Part shown: in pieces, positions 63,401-64,000 of the stretch
How the letters are laid out: each line of letters begins with the position of its first letter
Numbering within the stretch: position 1 is the stretch's first letter
Assembly (NCBI RefSeq): GCF_964204645.1
Contig: NC_134033.1
Coordinates: forward strand, 6,782,231-6,846,230
DNA length: 64,000 nucleotides
Reading direction: 5' to 3'
From: Tubulanus polymorphus
Taxonomy: Eukaryota; Animalia; Nemertea
The notes under the pieces: model-generated
Told to the model about the DNA's origin: nothing
The model's database searches: none
Seen by the model: the letters and a program-made list of their open reading frames with translations, nothing else
Made by a program: the position numbers and the translations under genes

Positions 63401-64000
63401 CGAAGACGTCTTTTCTCGCGCTGAACGACGTTTACGTGTCGAAAAGCTCTTTTCCTGACGATTTGAGCGCTTTTACGCATCGACTTTGTCGTTTTTCCGA
63501 TATGGGGAAATATTTGATACGAAAACGTCTTTTCTCGCGCTGAACGACGTTTTCGGTTCGAAAAGTGCTTTTCTTGACGATTGGAGGGCTTTTACGTATC
63601 GACATTGTCGTTTATTCCGATAGGGGGAATATTTGATACGAAGACGTCTTTTCACGCGCTGAACGACGTTTACGTGTCGAAAAGCTCTTTTCCTGACGAT
63701 TTGAGCGCTTTTACGCATCGACTTTGTCGTGTTTCCGATAGGGGGAATATTTGATACGAAAACGTCTTTTCTCGCGCTGAACGACGTTTTCGGGTCGAAA
63801 AGTGCTTTTCCTGACGATTTGAGCGCTTTTACGCATCGACATTGTCGTTTTTTTCCGATAGGGGGAATATTTGATACGAAAACGTCTTTTCTCGCGCTGA
63901 ACGACGTTTTCGGGTCGAAAAGCTCTTACTTGACGATTTGAGCGCTTTTACGCATCGACATTGTCGTTTATTCCGATAGGGGGAATATTTGATACGAAGA
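48490..64000. repeat. Satellite array, ~118-119 bp monomer with 3313-bp (~28-mer) higher-order repeat; runs off the window
   Basis: GATACGAAAACGTCTTTTCTCGCGCTGAACGACGTTTTCG... recurs every 118-119 bp; identical pseudo-ORFs at 50059/53372/56685 are 3313 apart. Confidence 0.97.

Noticed and set aside
49048-63941. Dozens of Arg/Lys-rich ORFs (MSMRKSAQIVRK...)
   Set aside because: Translations of satellite monomers in several frames; no evidence of coding function.

Overview
Repeat-rich animal (probably non-arthropod invertebrate) nuclear DNA; host not identifiable from sequence. 1-6.6 kb: decayed Ty3/Gypsy element with a second, internally deleted Gypsy element (two LTRs, tRNA-Leu PBS, 5-bp TSD) inserted in its integrase. 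6.6-16.6 kb: Penelope fragment, MITEs, solo LTRs and a decayed spliced HECT-ligase gene lying tail-to-tail with a probable transposase remnant. 16.6-45 kb: three related, very AT-rich Polinton/Maverick (adintovirus-like) copies. One is near-complete (22017-39893: TIRs, HNH nuclease, integrase, ATPase, major/minor capsid, pPolB, mostly frameshifted) and two are fragments. 45-47.8 kb: 3' exons of a host SLC16-like transporter. 48.5-64 kb: ~118-119 bp satellite with a 3313-bp higher-order repeat. Main highlights: (1) a ~355-codon LAGLIDADG intein in the catalytic YxD|TDS motif of one pPolB, with an intein-free relative in the same window; (2) a poxvirus-like TAAATG motif at most Polinton gene starts, a VLTF3-like gene, an NCLDV-like HNH gene and a ~410-bp terminal hairpin. 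Together these suggest, by inference, a virophage-like Polinton lineage that depends on a cytoplasmic large DNA virus. All family assignments come from motif recognition; no database searches were run.
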